From: Octopus vulgaris
Taxonomy: Eukaryota
Reading direction: 5' to 3'
Length of the DNA stretch: 64,000 nt
NCBI GenBank assembly: GCA_951406725.2
Contig: OX597814.1
Span: 5,456,001 to 5,520,000 of the forward strand
Both the position numbers and the translations under genes were made by a program. How positions within the stretch are numbered: position 1 is the stretch's first letter; each line of letters starts with the position of its first letter. Shown piece after piece: positions 1 to 61,259 of the stretch. Under the pieces are notes generated by a model that saw only the letters and a program-made list of their open reading frames with translations, did no database searches and was not told where the DNA came from.

Positions 1-790
1 GTTTTCTTTTTGTTGCTTAGTAGCGTTGATTGTCTACTGATTTCATTAAGAATCGACAGATCTTTTCTCATTTTTTTGTATTTTGTTTTGGATGTTATTT
101 ATCCACAGGGTTTGTTTGGGTGGTGGTACTCCTGTTTGGATAGGTTTGAGTGAGTATCCAGCTTCTTTTGTGGCTGCAGTGGCTGCTGCCTATATTATGT
201 CATTTAGCTCAGTGATATTGCCATTTGTTTCTGTGGCTATTAGTTCCGTGACAGCCAGGTTTATGCTATTTATTATCAATGTTGTTTTTTTGGTCTATTT
301 TGATTTTTGGGAATAATGTGTTTTTCAGTTCTTTGATTATTCTATTTTTTATGGTATCATAATCATTAGGCTCCCCTTCGTTGTTTCCAGGTTTTAGATT
401 TGTGTCGCTTTTTTTCTCATTCGTATGTTTGTCTGTTGTGTTTTGGTTTGCTACTTTTCTTACATTATTATTCATCCTTACGGTCTAGGTTTATTGTTTT
501 TTGTTTACTTCGTTTTTGTTGGAAATGTTACGTCTGTTTTCGTGTTTTACTATCTCAGTGTCTATATTATTTGGTATTGTTGTGTGTTTACTATCTACAT
601 TTTCCTGATGTATTTTTTCTTATAAATGTTCTATTTCTATTTCTGAAATTTTTTTGGGTTGAGAATATATCTTCGTATGGTAGCTAGTTTATTAGGGTTC
701 ATTGCTGTATCCAAGTCTTTGTTTAGGTTATTTTTCTTCCATATTTTATATGTATTTATTGTTGTGTTTTTGTTCTTTGGGTAGAGCAAT
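1..790 (-). mobile_element. degenerate N-terminal region of an R4/Dong-like non-LTR element
   Basis: minus strand reads IIYAAATAATKEAG...WINNIQNKIQKMRKDLSIL, resembling the pre-RT region of R4-clade ORFs. Confidence 0.55.
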
Positions 791-862
791 TCTTCTACCA
801 CCATTGCCTCTTCTTCTCCTCTTCCTCCTCTGTCACCCCCACCCCACCCCCTCTTCTTCTTC

Positions 863-1432
863 TAATTATTATTATCATATCATAGATGTCGCCCAGTATA
901 CAATGTAATGAGGTTGTTGATGGCAGACATTGTATATAATGTTTGTCAAGTGACAACAAGGACCTCAGACCGACAGTACTTTACACAATATGCATCCAAT
1001 TCCAAGTAATGCCGACTTCTGCAATACACCTAGATTGGAGGGTATTTCTAAAGTTTTCAGATGGGATGGTATTGAACCCAATACTCCGATGACAATAGGG
1101 ATAACCTTTATGTTTGACTCTTGTACCTGCCACATCTTAGCAATCTCAATTCTCAGCTCTCCGTATTTATCAACATTTTCTCTTTCTTTCACGATGATAA
1201 GTTGATCTCCTGGCACTGCCACATCAATTATTGGGCACTCTTGTTTGTCCCTCCTAAAGGTTACTATATCCAGCTTTCAGTGCTCTAACACTTTGTCTGT
1301 CTGGAAGTCAAAGTCCCAGAGGATTTTTGCCTTCCCCTTTTCATCCATTACCTTTTCCAGTGTTTGTTGGTACTAAGCAGCCACAATCTCATATCCATAC
1401 TTACGGCATAGTAGCCAGTGGAGGTTTTGGGC
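863..1432 (-). mobile_element. R4/Dong-like LINE 3' end (RLE endonuclease)
   Basis: KILWDFDFQTD...IDVAVP...KYGEL...VIPIVIGVLG...LQKSALLG; short (TAA)n tail. Confidence 0.85.
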
Positions 1433-1670
1433 CTTGAAGCATCATGAAGGTGGATGTCATTCCATCAACGTGCGGATGCTAGTTGCTCTCGTTCATACTT
1501 TAAACTTAGATTTCTGTAATTTTGAATATTTATCACTTCTTATTTTGAACTTGACAAAGACAGACGTACTGTTGATATATTGTTCAACTAATAGAATATC
1601 TTACAATCGAATCACACTCTTCGTCTTGACTGTTTACCTTTGTGAAGATTTACGTCAATCCTTTTTAAAA

Positions 1671-1727
<57 letters not shown>

Positions 1728-1741
1728 CATTATTATTATTA
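1671..1741. repeat. (TAT)n microsatellite
   Basis: direct inspection. Confidence 0.95.
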
Positions 1742-1940
1742 AGGCAGTGATCTGGCAGAATACTTATCAGGTCAGGTGATATTTTTAGCAATATTTTGTC
1801 CATCTTCACATTCTGAGTTCAAATTCTGTTGATGTTAGCTTTGCCTTACATCCTTTCAGGGTTGATAAATTAAACACCAGTGAAATGTCTATTCCCCTTT
1901 TCCAAAATTTCAGGCCTTGAGCCTTTAGAAGAATGGGTTA
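1742..1940 (+). mobile_element. tRNA-derived SINE, family A (also ~4350-4540 and ~61045-61230)
   Basis: shared tggcagaa...ttctgagttcaaattc...ttcatcc...aagtaccag motifs in three copies. Confidence 0.7.
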
Positions 1941-2299
1941 TTTTAATATTTTAAAAGGATTGATGTAAGTCTTCACAAAGGTAAACAGACAAGACAAAGA
2001 GCATGATGTGATTGCAATAGATGTTTCATTGGTTTGCACGATATTTTGACAGCTTGCTTCTCTTTGTTGAGTTCAAAATGTAAAGTGATACATAGAAATT
2101 CAAATCCAAAATTTGAACGAGGCAACCAGCATTCTCATGTTGATAGAATGACATCACCAGTCTTTAATTTTCAAGTTTACAAGCGGCAAAAAGAAAAAGA
2201 CCGAAAAAAAGAGAAAGAAAGCAAAAGGTAAGGAAAACAAAGAAGAATATTTAATCAAATAGTTTTGTGTAAATATGAAATTCTCCCGTCATTTTATTC

Positions 2300-3600
2300 A
2301 TTCCTCCAGGGCGTGATGTTAATAACCCACAAACTTATTTCTCCTCATGCATTTTGAGTATTAAAAGTGTAACAGATTTAGAATATTTTCTGAGAATATG
2401 CACTTTCAATTTCTTTCAAAATTGCAGCCGTATAATGTAAGATGTTCGACAAGTTCTGTCGAACAACTCTTCTTGTGCCCATTAAATCTTTTGTTTAATT
2501 GTTCTTTTGTGCAACCAACATAAACCAAGTTGTGTTTCGTGCATTCTGCTGCATACACGGAATGGGAATCTCTACATGTCCCACCTTCTGTATAAATCAT
2601 AACATTTCTGATATGATACCTGATGGAATTCACTTGATTCATGTTGTTGTACAATGAACAGGGCTTACCTCTTTTGCGGCTGTTTTTCAGGGTACAGCAT
2701 GCAGGTACCCCAATGTTAGTTTCTTTGGAGTCAGAAGTAGAGGTTAATAATTCTCTTATATTTTTATTCTGTCTAACAGCTACAATGGGCAACTGAGGAA
2801 ATATTTGTTTTGAAACAAGGATATTTTACTGCAACAAGCTGGTAACTTTCATTCAACACTTTTGAAATGCCAGTGAAATTTCAGTTCCAGTTAATCATTA
2901 AAGGATTTTTGTCACACATTGTATTGTGTTTGCTAAAGTTATGTGTGAATTTTGTTTTACTGTCTTGGCTAATCTTAGCTATGTCATTTGCTATTTCCTT
3001 TAATCATGATTCACTGTAACTGCGTTTGACATTATGGTGCACAAAAGCATTTGCACGTTTCTAGTAATCCTCTCTGTCAGTACAAATCTGTTTTATCCTC
3101 AAAAATTGGTATTTAGGATTTGACTGAATAATATGAGGTGAATGATTGGAATGGTGGTGGAGATAAATGTAGAATGACATGGGCTTGCAAAGTAACTCTG
3201 TCACTATTCTGTCTCCAGAAAACTTAACTTTTGTGTCCAAAAAATTCAACGCTAGTTTTTGAAAAACTAGACATAAATTTTTATAGAAATGCAAAAATTC
3301 AATTATTGTATCCTGCAATCCTTCCCAAGCAAAATTACATCATCAGGGTACTGTAAACAGAGTATTGGTTGATGGCCACGTAGGAATTTGAATGTCTTCA
3401 GTAACTCAGTTTAAAATTTTTTCGTGAAGACATTTGCGAAATTAGCTGCCATAGGAGCACTCATGGGGCAACTCTTCATCAGGTGGTAAAATATTTGTCC
3501 AAACTTCGTTATGTTACTTTGTAACACAAACCTCAATAATCTACAGAGCATATTTTATGAAATACTTTCGTTTGACCATTTTTCTAAGGCATTTGTGTAT
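2300..3600 (-). mobile_element. degenerate Penelope-like element (RT plus GIY-YIG)
   Basis: LNFLD...KP..YLH..SNH thumb motif; SVYAAEC..H..VYVGCT...RFNGH endonuclease motif. Confidence 0.8.
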
Positions 3601-3789
3601 TTTAGGGAGGCTATAAAATACAAGTGTTCTTTTTGATCATAAAAATGACAATGGAGTCAGAAAGCCCTATGATTATGGAGAATAAAAATGATGATGATCG
3701 AATCTAACATAACTGGATTGAAAAGGATCCCAATATCATTGAACCAATAAAACATCTATTGCAATCACATCGTGCTCTATGTATTGCCT

Positions 3790-4273
3790 ATTATTATTAT
3801 CATTATCATTATTATTATTATTGTCATTACACAGCTTCTAACGCTGGAGATGTACTACGGTGTCAGCTGTTCACTACCAGTGAACTGAGGTAACACCCCT
3901 TGTTTTTCGAGCACCTTCCAGAGTATTCGAGTGGGTCCAAGCAGTGCTGTTTTCTGCAAGTGCTCCACCCTTATTACAGCCCCTATTTGTTCCGTGTACT
4001 TCTTGAGATTTTTAATCACTTTTCCCAGGGCTCCAACAATTATTAGTACCATTACCACTTTTTTCATCCACCACTACTGCTTAACCTCCCAAGCTAACCT
4101 GTCATATCTCTCGACTTTTCTTTCTTCCTTATCGCATACCTTGTTGTCAGCACCGTTTGCTTTCTTTCTCGATTAAGACTGTCTGGATTCCTATTCTGTC
4201 TCATGGTCGCACTGAATCATAAACTCCCACAGGATTTTTTCATTATCATTTGTGATGATGCCTTCGGGTTTAT
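3790..4273 (-). mobile_element. R4/Dong-like LINE 3' end
   Basis: HKPEG...KILWEFMIQCD...IIVGALG...LQKTALLG; (TAA)n tail at 3790-3830. Confidence 0.85.
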
Positions 4274-4305
4274 GGTCGTCGTCGTCGTCGTCGTCATCGT
4301 CATCG

Positions 4306-4344
<39 letters not shown>

Positions 4345-4944
4345 ATATTACAGCAGTGACCTGGCAGAATTGTTAACATGTTGGGGAAAGTGCTTTATGT
4401 TCTGAGTTCAAATTCCACTGAGGTCAACTTCACCCCTCATCCTATTGGGATCAATAAATTAAGTACCAGTGACACACTGGGGTCAATGTAATTGACTTAT
4501 TTCATTCCCCCAAATTTCTGGACTTTTGCCAAAATTTGTAATCATCGTTGTTGTTATCGACCCATATTGCACATTGCTCCATAAGTTTAGTTGTTATTCA
4601 TATTGTTACACATCGTACATTTGTTATCATTACTCCATTAAACCAGCCAGGACCTTGGGGAGCTGGTTAGTTTTCCCACATCTGTAGCCTTTAGGGGCCA
4701 TTCTGGTAATTGTTTGGGCTAAAAAACAAGGGTGGGGAACGAGAATTGTTCATCCATTGAAAAGAAGAGCTGGTCCCCCAGAAGAGAGAACAGCCAAGTC
4801 TTAAAAGCAACAACAACATCAACAATAGTGCACGTGAGGCCTAGGAAAGCGATTTTGCCTTGCTTCTGTCATCCCATTTCACCATCACAGGAACAAAAGA
4901 AATTAATGAGAAAACGTGACAACAACAGCAAGAAAACAGCTGCC

Positions 4945-5250
4945 ATGCATCATCGTTTAACATCTGTTTTCTAAGCATGCATGGATTGGACAGTTGACAG
5001 GAGCCGGCAAGGTGGAAAATAACTACCCTTCGCTACTGTGTCTGTTTTGGCAGGAATTTTACAGCTGGATGCACTTCCTAACACCAACCACTCAGCAGAG
5101 TGGACTCAGTACATTTTACGTGGAACTAGCACAACAAAGTTAGTTTTGGCATTATTTTTGCAGCTAGATGCCCTTCCAAATGCAAGCCATTTCACAGTGT
5201 GCAGTGGATGCTTTTTACATGGCACCAGTGCTGGCAGGGTCACCAAGATA
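4945..5250 (-). mobile_element. RTE-family 3' UTR fragment (abundant repeat; further copies ~10345-10600 -, 11650-12350 -, 21380-21540 +, 27960-28175 +, 55513-55680 -, 59222-59780 -)
   Basis: cagctggatgcccttcc...ccaaccac core and (GAT)n tail match the 3' end of the RTE at 55906-57440. Confidence 0.8.
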
Positions 5251-5569
5251 ATGAATTATGAGAGGGGCAAGGCATTTGATGAGGAGAGCTTGTGTCAGAT
5301 GATGAAAGGTTAGAGTGTGACAGAGAGACAGAAACAGGGGTCTTGCCATAACAGAGAGGGCATTGGAGGAGGTGATCCAGTAGTAGATGATGAAATGTTA
5401 GAGTGTGACAGAGAAATAAAGAAGCAGAGAGCGATGTCTTGCTATAGAGGAGAGACATGGTTACCGAGGGACAGAGAAAGAGGTACGCGAAAGAGGCCAG
5501 AAATTGGTGTGAAGGAGGTATTTGATTACCTAGGCAGAGGAAAAACAAGAGGAGAGAGAGAGAAAGAGA

Positions 5570-8160
5570 GAAAATGAGCAAGAATGAGACATGCAAATCT
5601 TGTCGTAACAATTTCAACTTTGCAAGAGTGACCAGAGAATGAAGTGAAGACATTTTTATCAATGGAAATGAATTCAAGAGTGCAAAATGTAGCAGAAAAA
5701 TGGTATTAAACATTCATAGAACTGGACCCCAAAAATTCATTTGTGGACAGTTCTATATGAAACAACTGGAGCCAAAAGTAGGAAAGTGGAGCAGGCAACA
5801 CAGTAGCATATAGAGAAATGCTTAAAACCAGTTTGGAAAAGCAAAACTTATGTAGCCAAGGGAAAGAAATATGGGACTGTCAAAGTGAGGTTCATCTCAA
5901 AGGAGGAAAGCAAAAAATCACTCGGCAGCTACCCTAAAAACTGAGAAACTAATCATTATTCCCATCTATCTTGGTCGAAGAACTTTCAACATCCTACCAG
6001 ACATAAACAGAACAGGGGATGGTGCTACTAATACAGGCAGACGAGCAAAGTGTTTTAGTCTACAGGATGGCACAAAGCTTTATGTGGCTATTGAGGGTAG
6101 AAAACCAAGATGTCAGCAGTGCAAGGATACAAACCATCCCAAAGCTTTCTGTTAATAACAAACAAGAGATGTGAACTACCCCACAAAGCAACAAACACCA
6201 ACAAAGTAAAACAAAAAAGCTAATGCATCACACATATATAACCATACAAAGCTCACACAAACACACACCGACCTGATGTCACCGAGAAACAAACCAGAGA
6301 CACATATTGAAGTCATACAGACATCACGACCTACATATAATACCATCAAAAGAAAATATCCTGAGGTGGGTCGGGTTGGGGGGCTTTCCAGAGAGTCATA
6401 AATTGAGACGAATATGTAAAGAACTGCTTGTGGAAACATCCACATATATCCATAGAGATGGAACATCCATCCCCTCCTCACCAACTAAGTCAATTCCTCG
6501 TTTCTATACTTTGATCTAACCCTACTCAGAGTCAGCAGTATAAATGGGAGTGGCCTGGGGTTGCCTTGGCAACAAGGGCCGTCTACTCAATGACCTCATG
6601 TCACTAAGTGTCAATGTAGTGGCCATCAGTAAAACCAGATTCTCTGACCAACTAAAGCTTTCATGTCCATTTTTGATGGATGCAACGTATATTTATCTCC
6701 ATTCCAACGAGGGATGGGTGGTGGAACAGTGGTGTTGATCCAGATACGCCCCAGGAGGGAAGTTGGTGATGCTGGACAATAGTGATGGGGGTCCCTTCAG
6801 ACTGGTGACTGTTTATGCTCTGCAGGAACAGGACATCCAGTCTGCTTCAGACGTCCGGAGGCTTTCCTTTGAGCACCCTGCCCTTTAGTGTTAGTGGGTG
6901 AATGAAGTACCATCTTAGATCCGTGTTTGGACTGTGTGGGGCTACAAGAGAGAAAAAGGGGTGGGGTGGGGTAAAAGGCTTGCAAACCTGCTCAGACATT
7001 GCATCTGTCATATCATATCGCCTGACCATCATGCCCTGCCACAGTTCAAATCTGACCAAACTGGAGCAAATGAACCCACTTTCTGTGAAAGGGACACATT
7101 TTACTTGTCAGGCACTCCATTTGCTGTCAATACCCACTGAATGTAGAGCTGGGTATGCCATGGCTGCTGATGCACAGATATGCACTGAGGCTGTGACATC
7201 TCCAGTGCTTCATAGATGGTGAACATGCGTGGTCACCATTTAACAGACATGATTTCCTACAGCTTGTCTCTTTTGAGCTGCAGCCCTGAATCAAGCACAG
7301 ACCAAAGTAGGACATTTGGCACCTAGAGTGTCTTCAGGCACTCACAGTCCTCTGTCAGTTGGCCAATATAGTCAGGTGAAGTTCCATTCAGGTATTCTAT
7401 AGAGGGTTAATGGCGAACAAGTGTGACAATATACTTGGGGAGATTTTGGTCTGTAGCAGAGGATTTTCGAGCTGGGGCCCATGGATAGCTTCCAGAAAAC
7501 CTTGCCCTGACAGTGCTACTGAAGGGCATTGCCAGTTCAGTATAAACTCTACTGGCAAGGAAGTGCTGTAGCTGGGCTTGCCTGAGGTGTGCACAAAGTG
7601 ACAAATCTTTTCTGCACACTCTCATTCACTTCCCAACCATTCTTTCCTTCGTAAAGATCATCCCACTGCTTTCCTTTAACTGGGAAGGGCAGGCTGTGTT
7701 TCTTTGTCTGGTGCAAAAGAAGTTGTGTGGTGGACTAAGTTGAAAGGGCTTGAAGATTGAAATTTTCCTTTTCAGCCAAGCTCTCATCAATTTGTTCAAG
7801 TTTCACTTGGAAAGGAAAGTGAGGATAGAGAAGGAAGTACTGCATTCCAGTGATTTTGTTAAGAAGTGAGTGAATGTAGGGCAAATGACCTGAGTGAATC
7901 AGCCTACACTACGGCTATGCCTTCTAGATCGAGGGTAGCTGAAGGGGAGAGGGCACTTACCTTAGCAGTCTAGGTGATCATAGTTTTTTTGTGGTGTTTT
8001 CATGAGCAACCATTGGAAGCCTCTCTCTTTTGGGGATTTATATTTTATAATTTTTAGTGGTATCACTTTTATACCCAATCAAATAACATCCCTTTTGTGT
8101 TATATTGGTCTGTGCCATTCCCAAACCTTTATATTAACATTCAGTGTTGAATAAAGCATG
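5570..8160 (+). mobile_element. highly degenerate, internally deleted Tx1/L1-type LINE
   Basis: ORF1-like remnants (GTVKVRF, IYLGRR, EGRKPRC) parallel 40614-41615; APE remnant LLNDL...VVAISKTR at ~6544; 3' ORF2 remnants at ~7400-7900. Confidence 0.65.
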
Positions 8161-8171
8161 AATTATTATTA

Positions 8172-8725
8172 TTGAGAGAGCAGTGCATGCCATCAAATGA
8201 CACCAAGGTAAAATAAATGAAGCCCAGTATATCCGTTATGACTACCCGTATGATTAGAGTACACCAGGTACATGTATCACAATCACATGTGTGCAACATG
8301 GTGATCTCATAACAAGATAAACAGTGCATGACCTTGCAGGTAGGGCCCAGTTAGAATTTTCTTCTGGTCGAGTAACCCATCCCACTCCAAAGGTCCCCGA
8401 ATAAGGGTTGTTTAAGGATATTGAATGAAACACCCATGTTTCCAGACGTGAATAATTCAAACCCCAAGGAATTCTTCTCAACACATGGCTATAATGCTCC
8501 CCCACTACTTCTACTCGTGATCAGAGATGCACATATCATCAGCCCCTAAGGGACATGCTCAAATGGTTAACGTCAAACAACTGACAAATAAATCTGTGAT
8601 GTTGAGCAGAATATTTGCTGCAGCCCATCTTTTATACCAAAACAAAACACTGTACATGATAACACTTTCAATCAGTTAAGATCAGAAGCCATGAGAGCCA
8701 CTGTCTAGTATTGCATTGGGGCACT
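8172..8725. repeat. ~550-bp unclassified interspersed repeat (second copy ~23555-24230 with a duplicated end)
   Basis: gagagca(g/a)tgcatgccatcaaa...agccactg collinear in both copies. Confidence 0.75.
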
Positions 8726-8752
8726 GTTTTAGCATTATTATTATTATTATTA

Positions 8753-8809
<57 letters not shown>

Positions 8810-9029
8810 TCATTATTACATGTAAACCCCCCACACTTTATGTCTGTCTTTGTATTGTCTCCCTCAACTTTTGCCCTTGTGGGAAAATAAATGAAATCAT
8901 CAACATCATCATCATCATTATTATGTTCTATCTTTCTTTTCTTTTATACAAGGTTCGCACGGATTTTGGAGAAATTTCTGGCCTTTTGGAAAGAACAAAT
9001 GTAAGGTACCATGCAACTGTAAAACTGAT

Positions 9030-9427
9030 ATTATATCATTATCATTATTATTATTATTATCATTATTATTATTATTATTATTATTATTCCTTCGTAATAC
9101 AGTGTAGGTAAAAATGCACTGGAGTCTTTAGTCATCTGTCAAGTCACAACAAGGACCTCAGACGGATAATACTTTCCTTAAGATGTGCGCTGTGCCCAGA
9201 TAGGCTGCTTTTTGTAAGACATCAATCTTGCAAGGGATTTCCAGTTGCCTTAAGAAGTTTTGAAGTTTCAATGGGATTGAACCCAGCATTCTGATCACCA
9301 CTGGTATCACTTTTACATTACCCTCTCACATTCCATACACTCTTGCCATTTCCACTTTCAGTTCGGAGTACTTGGGGATATTTCCAACCTCTTTACTCAC
9401 AACATTCATGTCATTTGGTATGGCTAC
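9030..9427 (-). mobile_element. R4/Dong-like LINE 3' end
   Basis: KYSELKVEMARVY...VKVIPVV...LQKAAYLGTAHILRKVLSV; 3' UTR resembles that at 940-965; (TAA)n tail. Confidence 0.8.
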
Positions 9428-9714
9428 ATCAGTGATCTGATAGCATTTATCTCTCTTATAACCAAGTGCAATGGAATCTTCCCACCAAATAGTCTGGTCA
9501 AATGGTTTTCAGAAACCATGTTGGGCATTATTAAAACTGCATTTTTAAACAGAATGACCTCTGATACTACACAGATGTTCTCACTTTTCTTTTTCTGCTT
9601 AGAACAACCTAAAGTGCTTCTCAAACCTGTATCAGTCAGTTTTGTGAGAAAACATTTTCATTTTTTTTTCTGTTTAAATATTTTCCCAGTAATTATGAAC
9701 TGTCTTTGTATTAA

Positions 9715-10290
9715 TATTGAGCAGATTATACAGTGAAAACTTGTATTTATTTCCGTTCAGTATCATTTGAATGTTACTTCAGCAAATAGAAGAACATGTG
9801 GAAATATGTGGACATGACTAAAAGGTCCATTCAGAACCATATATAACAATCCCAAGACCTCCTTTAAGGTCTATGAGAGAAAAATGCCACCTACATGGCT
9901 ACGCATGTTATGATTGCCAAAGGAAAGTAATCTTTACTTCAATGGTAGCAGAAGGTGAAGTCTGTGCCTTGCCAAAAAGAGAACTTATATTTAAGAACTC
10001 TCACCACCCAGATGCTTAATTAAAACCCAAATTCCACTTTGCTGGCAGTTACTCCTCACTCAGAGATTTTGGACAAGTGGCATAACCAATGATGGAATCC
10101 TCCTCTCTAATTGTCTTTTGCAATTAGAGATGTGGCACTTGCTGTCAGAAACCCATTGCCCTACTTCCATACTGGCCACTCTGATGAGCACAGTGTTAGA
10201 TGTTATCCTGTGCAAAACTGATTTGTAAGAATGGCTGAAATGGATTTATAATACTGTATAGTTTTGGTGGTAAATTACCTACTCTATAAA
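9715..10290 (+). mobile_element. degenerate Penelope-like 3' end with hammerhead motif
   Basis: KYVDMT..GPFRT.YNN.KTSF and GSRR..LCL GIY-YIG remnants; CTGATGA core at 10181. Confidence 0.6.
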
Positions 10291-12452
10291 CAAATGTACG
10301 AATGCCTGTTTTCCTAGTCGATGGCATCTTACACTTATTTCTATAGCATCATCATCATTATTTAATGTCCGTCTTTGATCTGGCATGGGTTACACAGTTT
10401 AACAAGATCTGGTGATCTCTAGATCTGTGTTAGGTTCCACACTCAGCTGGCTGGCTGAGTGCGGCTGGCTGGCTGAGTGTGACTAGCTGGCTGAGTGTGG
10501 ATGGCTGGCTGCCCTTCATAATGCCAACCATTTTACAGTGAGGACTGGAAGCTGCTTTTCTCATGGCACCAGCACTGGTGAGGTCACCAAGTAACTTGCA
10601 AGACAAAGCAAAGAATCGAAAAGGATAAAAACTCCCCGATGGAACTGGTGGGGAGGGAGTTGGCTTGATGCCTGGGGTAGAAAGCCTAAAGTTTGACAGA
10701 GGGTCAAGCACAGTTGTCTGGATATAGACGAGGCTCATGGCATCCTTATATTTATGCAAGGGTGCATGACAGTATCTGGAAGGGAGAAAGATGGTGGTAA
10801 TTGGGTGACAGAGCATAGTCCCAAGTTACAAGAAGGGGAGTATAAGGGAGACTGTGGATGAGGAAAGAAGGAATGGGAGGGTAATGGCATCAGAGTGTGA
10901 GATGAGAAGGGAAGAGGTTAGAGATGGGGCTAGAGGTGGATGTATGGAGTGAGGAACAATGGTTTCAGGTGGAGTTGATAGACTGACGGGGCTCGGTTAG
11001 GAGGAGGTGACAAGAAGCAGCATAGGAAGGGTGGAGAGCAGCAGAACCATCAATCTGTTGATGGATGAGGAGGTAGAGAGATGATGACCAGGATCTGACA
11101 GCAGAGGGAAAGCAAAGATGATGAAGTGTGAAAGAGATGGGAGTCAGAGATACATGGGGGTGGCTGTAGTGAGTGGGGCCAGAAAATTGGAGGGAGTATT
11201 AGCAATGACTGTGAGAGGGTGTTGAGAATGATTGCAGATAGGAGAAGTGTTAACCATGAAGCCTGGCAGAGTAAGGTGTAGCTAAGAGGGGTGGGTGGGA
11301 AAGATTAGGGAAGGGACAGAAAGGGATGATCGATGGAAGGTTGTATGGATGGAGATGATGATGCAAGTGAGGCGACTGGTATTAACGAAAGGGTGGTGGT
11401 GGTGGTGATGAATATGTGAAGATTCTGCTGTCAAATGGTTACAGCAGCAAAGTAGGACCGTAGTTAGAAGAGTAATGGAGGGATGGGTGTTAGGAAGATG
11501 AGATGTGGTTAAGGGGATGCTTCATAGGGACAGATGTAGGTGTAGGGCCCAGCATGGACAGGAATATATATAACAGTTTTGGGGCATGACTTTTGCTATG
11601 ACGGATGTGTCTTTATATATCATTTTGTTCCACTTGGGCCTGGAGGGAATCATCATCATCATCATCATCGTTTAACGTCCGTTTTCCATGCTGGCATGGG
11701 TTGGACAATTTGACCGGGATCTGAGAAGCCAGGAGGCTGCACCAGGCTCCAATCTGATCTGGCAGTGTTTCTACAGCTGGATGCCCTTCCTAATGCCAAC
11801 CACTCTGAGAGTGTAGTGGGTGCTTTTTACGTGCCACCGGTAGAGGGACCACAACTACAATTTCCATTTGATATTTATTTTGATGTTGATGTACTGGACT
11901 CAATAAGTTTCCTCAAGCACAGCAGGTCATGTGCCACCGGCACAGAAGCCAGTCAAGGCAGTGCTGGCATCGGCCACGTTCGGATGGTGATTTTTACGTG
12001 CCGCCGGCACCGGTGTTGTAACTACAATTTCCATTTGATATTTGTTTTGATATTGATATTGATGTACTTGACTCAATAGGTCTCCTCAAGCACAGCAGGT
12101 CACTCTATGAGCAAAGGTAAGCACAGCAGGATGTTCTGCAATCCAAGGTACTTTGGATGGGCTGGGGCTATACGAAACTGGTGCAGGAAGCAGCCCGGGT
12201 CTTTGCAGTCACAGCGTATCTCCAGAGATCTCGGTCCTTCGTCATTGCCTCTGTGAGGCCCAGCGCTCGAAGGTCATACTTGACTACCTCATCCCATGTC
12301 TTCCTGGGTCTACCTCTACTCCAGATTCCTTCAACTGTTTGGGAGTGGTGGACGTTATATCATGATGGGGGGTAATAATGATGTTGGTATGCATATGTAT
12401 GTGTATGTGTGTGTGTGTATCTATACACACACTGATATTTGTTTATTTTCAG

Positions 12453-60455
<48,003 letters not shown>

Positions 60456-60574
60456 ATATAATTGGAATTCATAAAACACATATAATGTGAACAGGAATAT
60501 ATTTAACAGAAGAAAGACAAAGAAAATACAGGAAATTCTCTAATTCTAGGTGCAATCCCAGGGTCTTTTGTAAG

Positions 60575-60580
60575 AATAAA
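60575..60580 (+). promoter_or_regulatory. candidate polyadenylation signal of the PARP gene
   Basis: AATAAA 120 nt after the stop, followed by T/GT-rich sequence; AT-rich context lowers specificity. Confidence 0.4.
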
Positions 60581-60681
60581 ACTATTCAATAGAATATTTT
60601 TCTATCATTCACACAGTGTTGTTGTCATTTTCTATCTTTTTTTACTTTAGAAATAATTATTGCTAAATATTAAAATACATG

Positions 60682-61030
60682 AAGGTGCCTGGCTCAGTGG
60701 TTAAAGCATCAGGCTCACAATCATGAAGTAATGAGTTCAATTTCCAGGTCGGGTTGTGTGTTATGTTCTTGAACAAGACACTTTCTTTCACAATGCTCCT
60801 TGTTCAGTGAGCTGTAGCAATGAGTTTCCACATCACTGGTGCCAAGCTGTATCGGCCCCTTTGCCTTTCCCTTGGATAACATTGGTGGTGGGGAGAGAGG
60901 AGGCTGGTATGGATGAGTGACTACTGGTCTTCCATAAACAAACCTTGCCTGGACTTGTGCCTTCGAGGAGAACTTTCTAGGTGCAATCCCACGGTCATTC
61001 ATGACTGAAAGGGGTTCTTTACCCTTTTAA
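60682..61030 (+). mobile_element. tRNA-derived SINE, family C
   Basis: tggctcagtggttaaagc A box, gagttcaatttc B box, ttcttgaacaagacactt central motif. Confidence 0.7.
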
Positions 61031-61259
61031 TATAGAATGCAGGCTGAAGGCGGCAAGCTAGCAGAACCATTAGCATGCTGGGCAAAATGGTTAGCAGCAT
61101 TCCCTCTGGCTTTACTTTCTGAGTTCAAATTCCATCAAGGTTGATTTTGCCCTTCATCTTTTCCGGGGTCTATAAAATAAGTACCAGTTGAACACTGGGG
61201 ATCAATATAATCAACACACCTCCTCCCAGTTCAAGGAAATGTAAATGAGACAGTGTATT

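Noticed and set aside
10600-11640. Purine-rich stretch as a possible exon or G-quadruplex element
   Set aside because: No sustained ORF or recognisable motif; probably a decayed antisense retroelement.
60682-60770. Functional tRNA genes (also 61260-61325 and 35130-35203)
   Set aside because: No complete cloverleaf; each continues into SINE body sequence.
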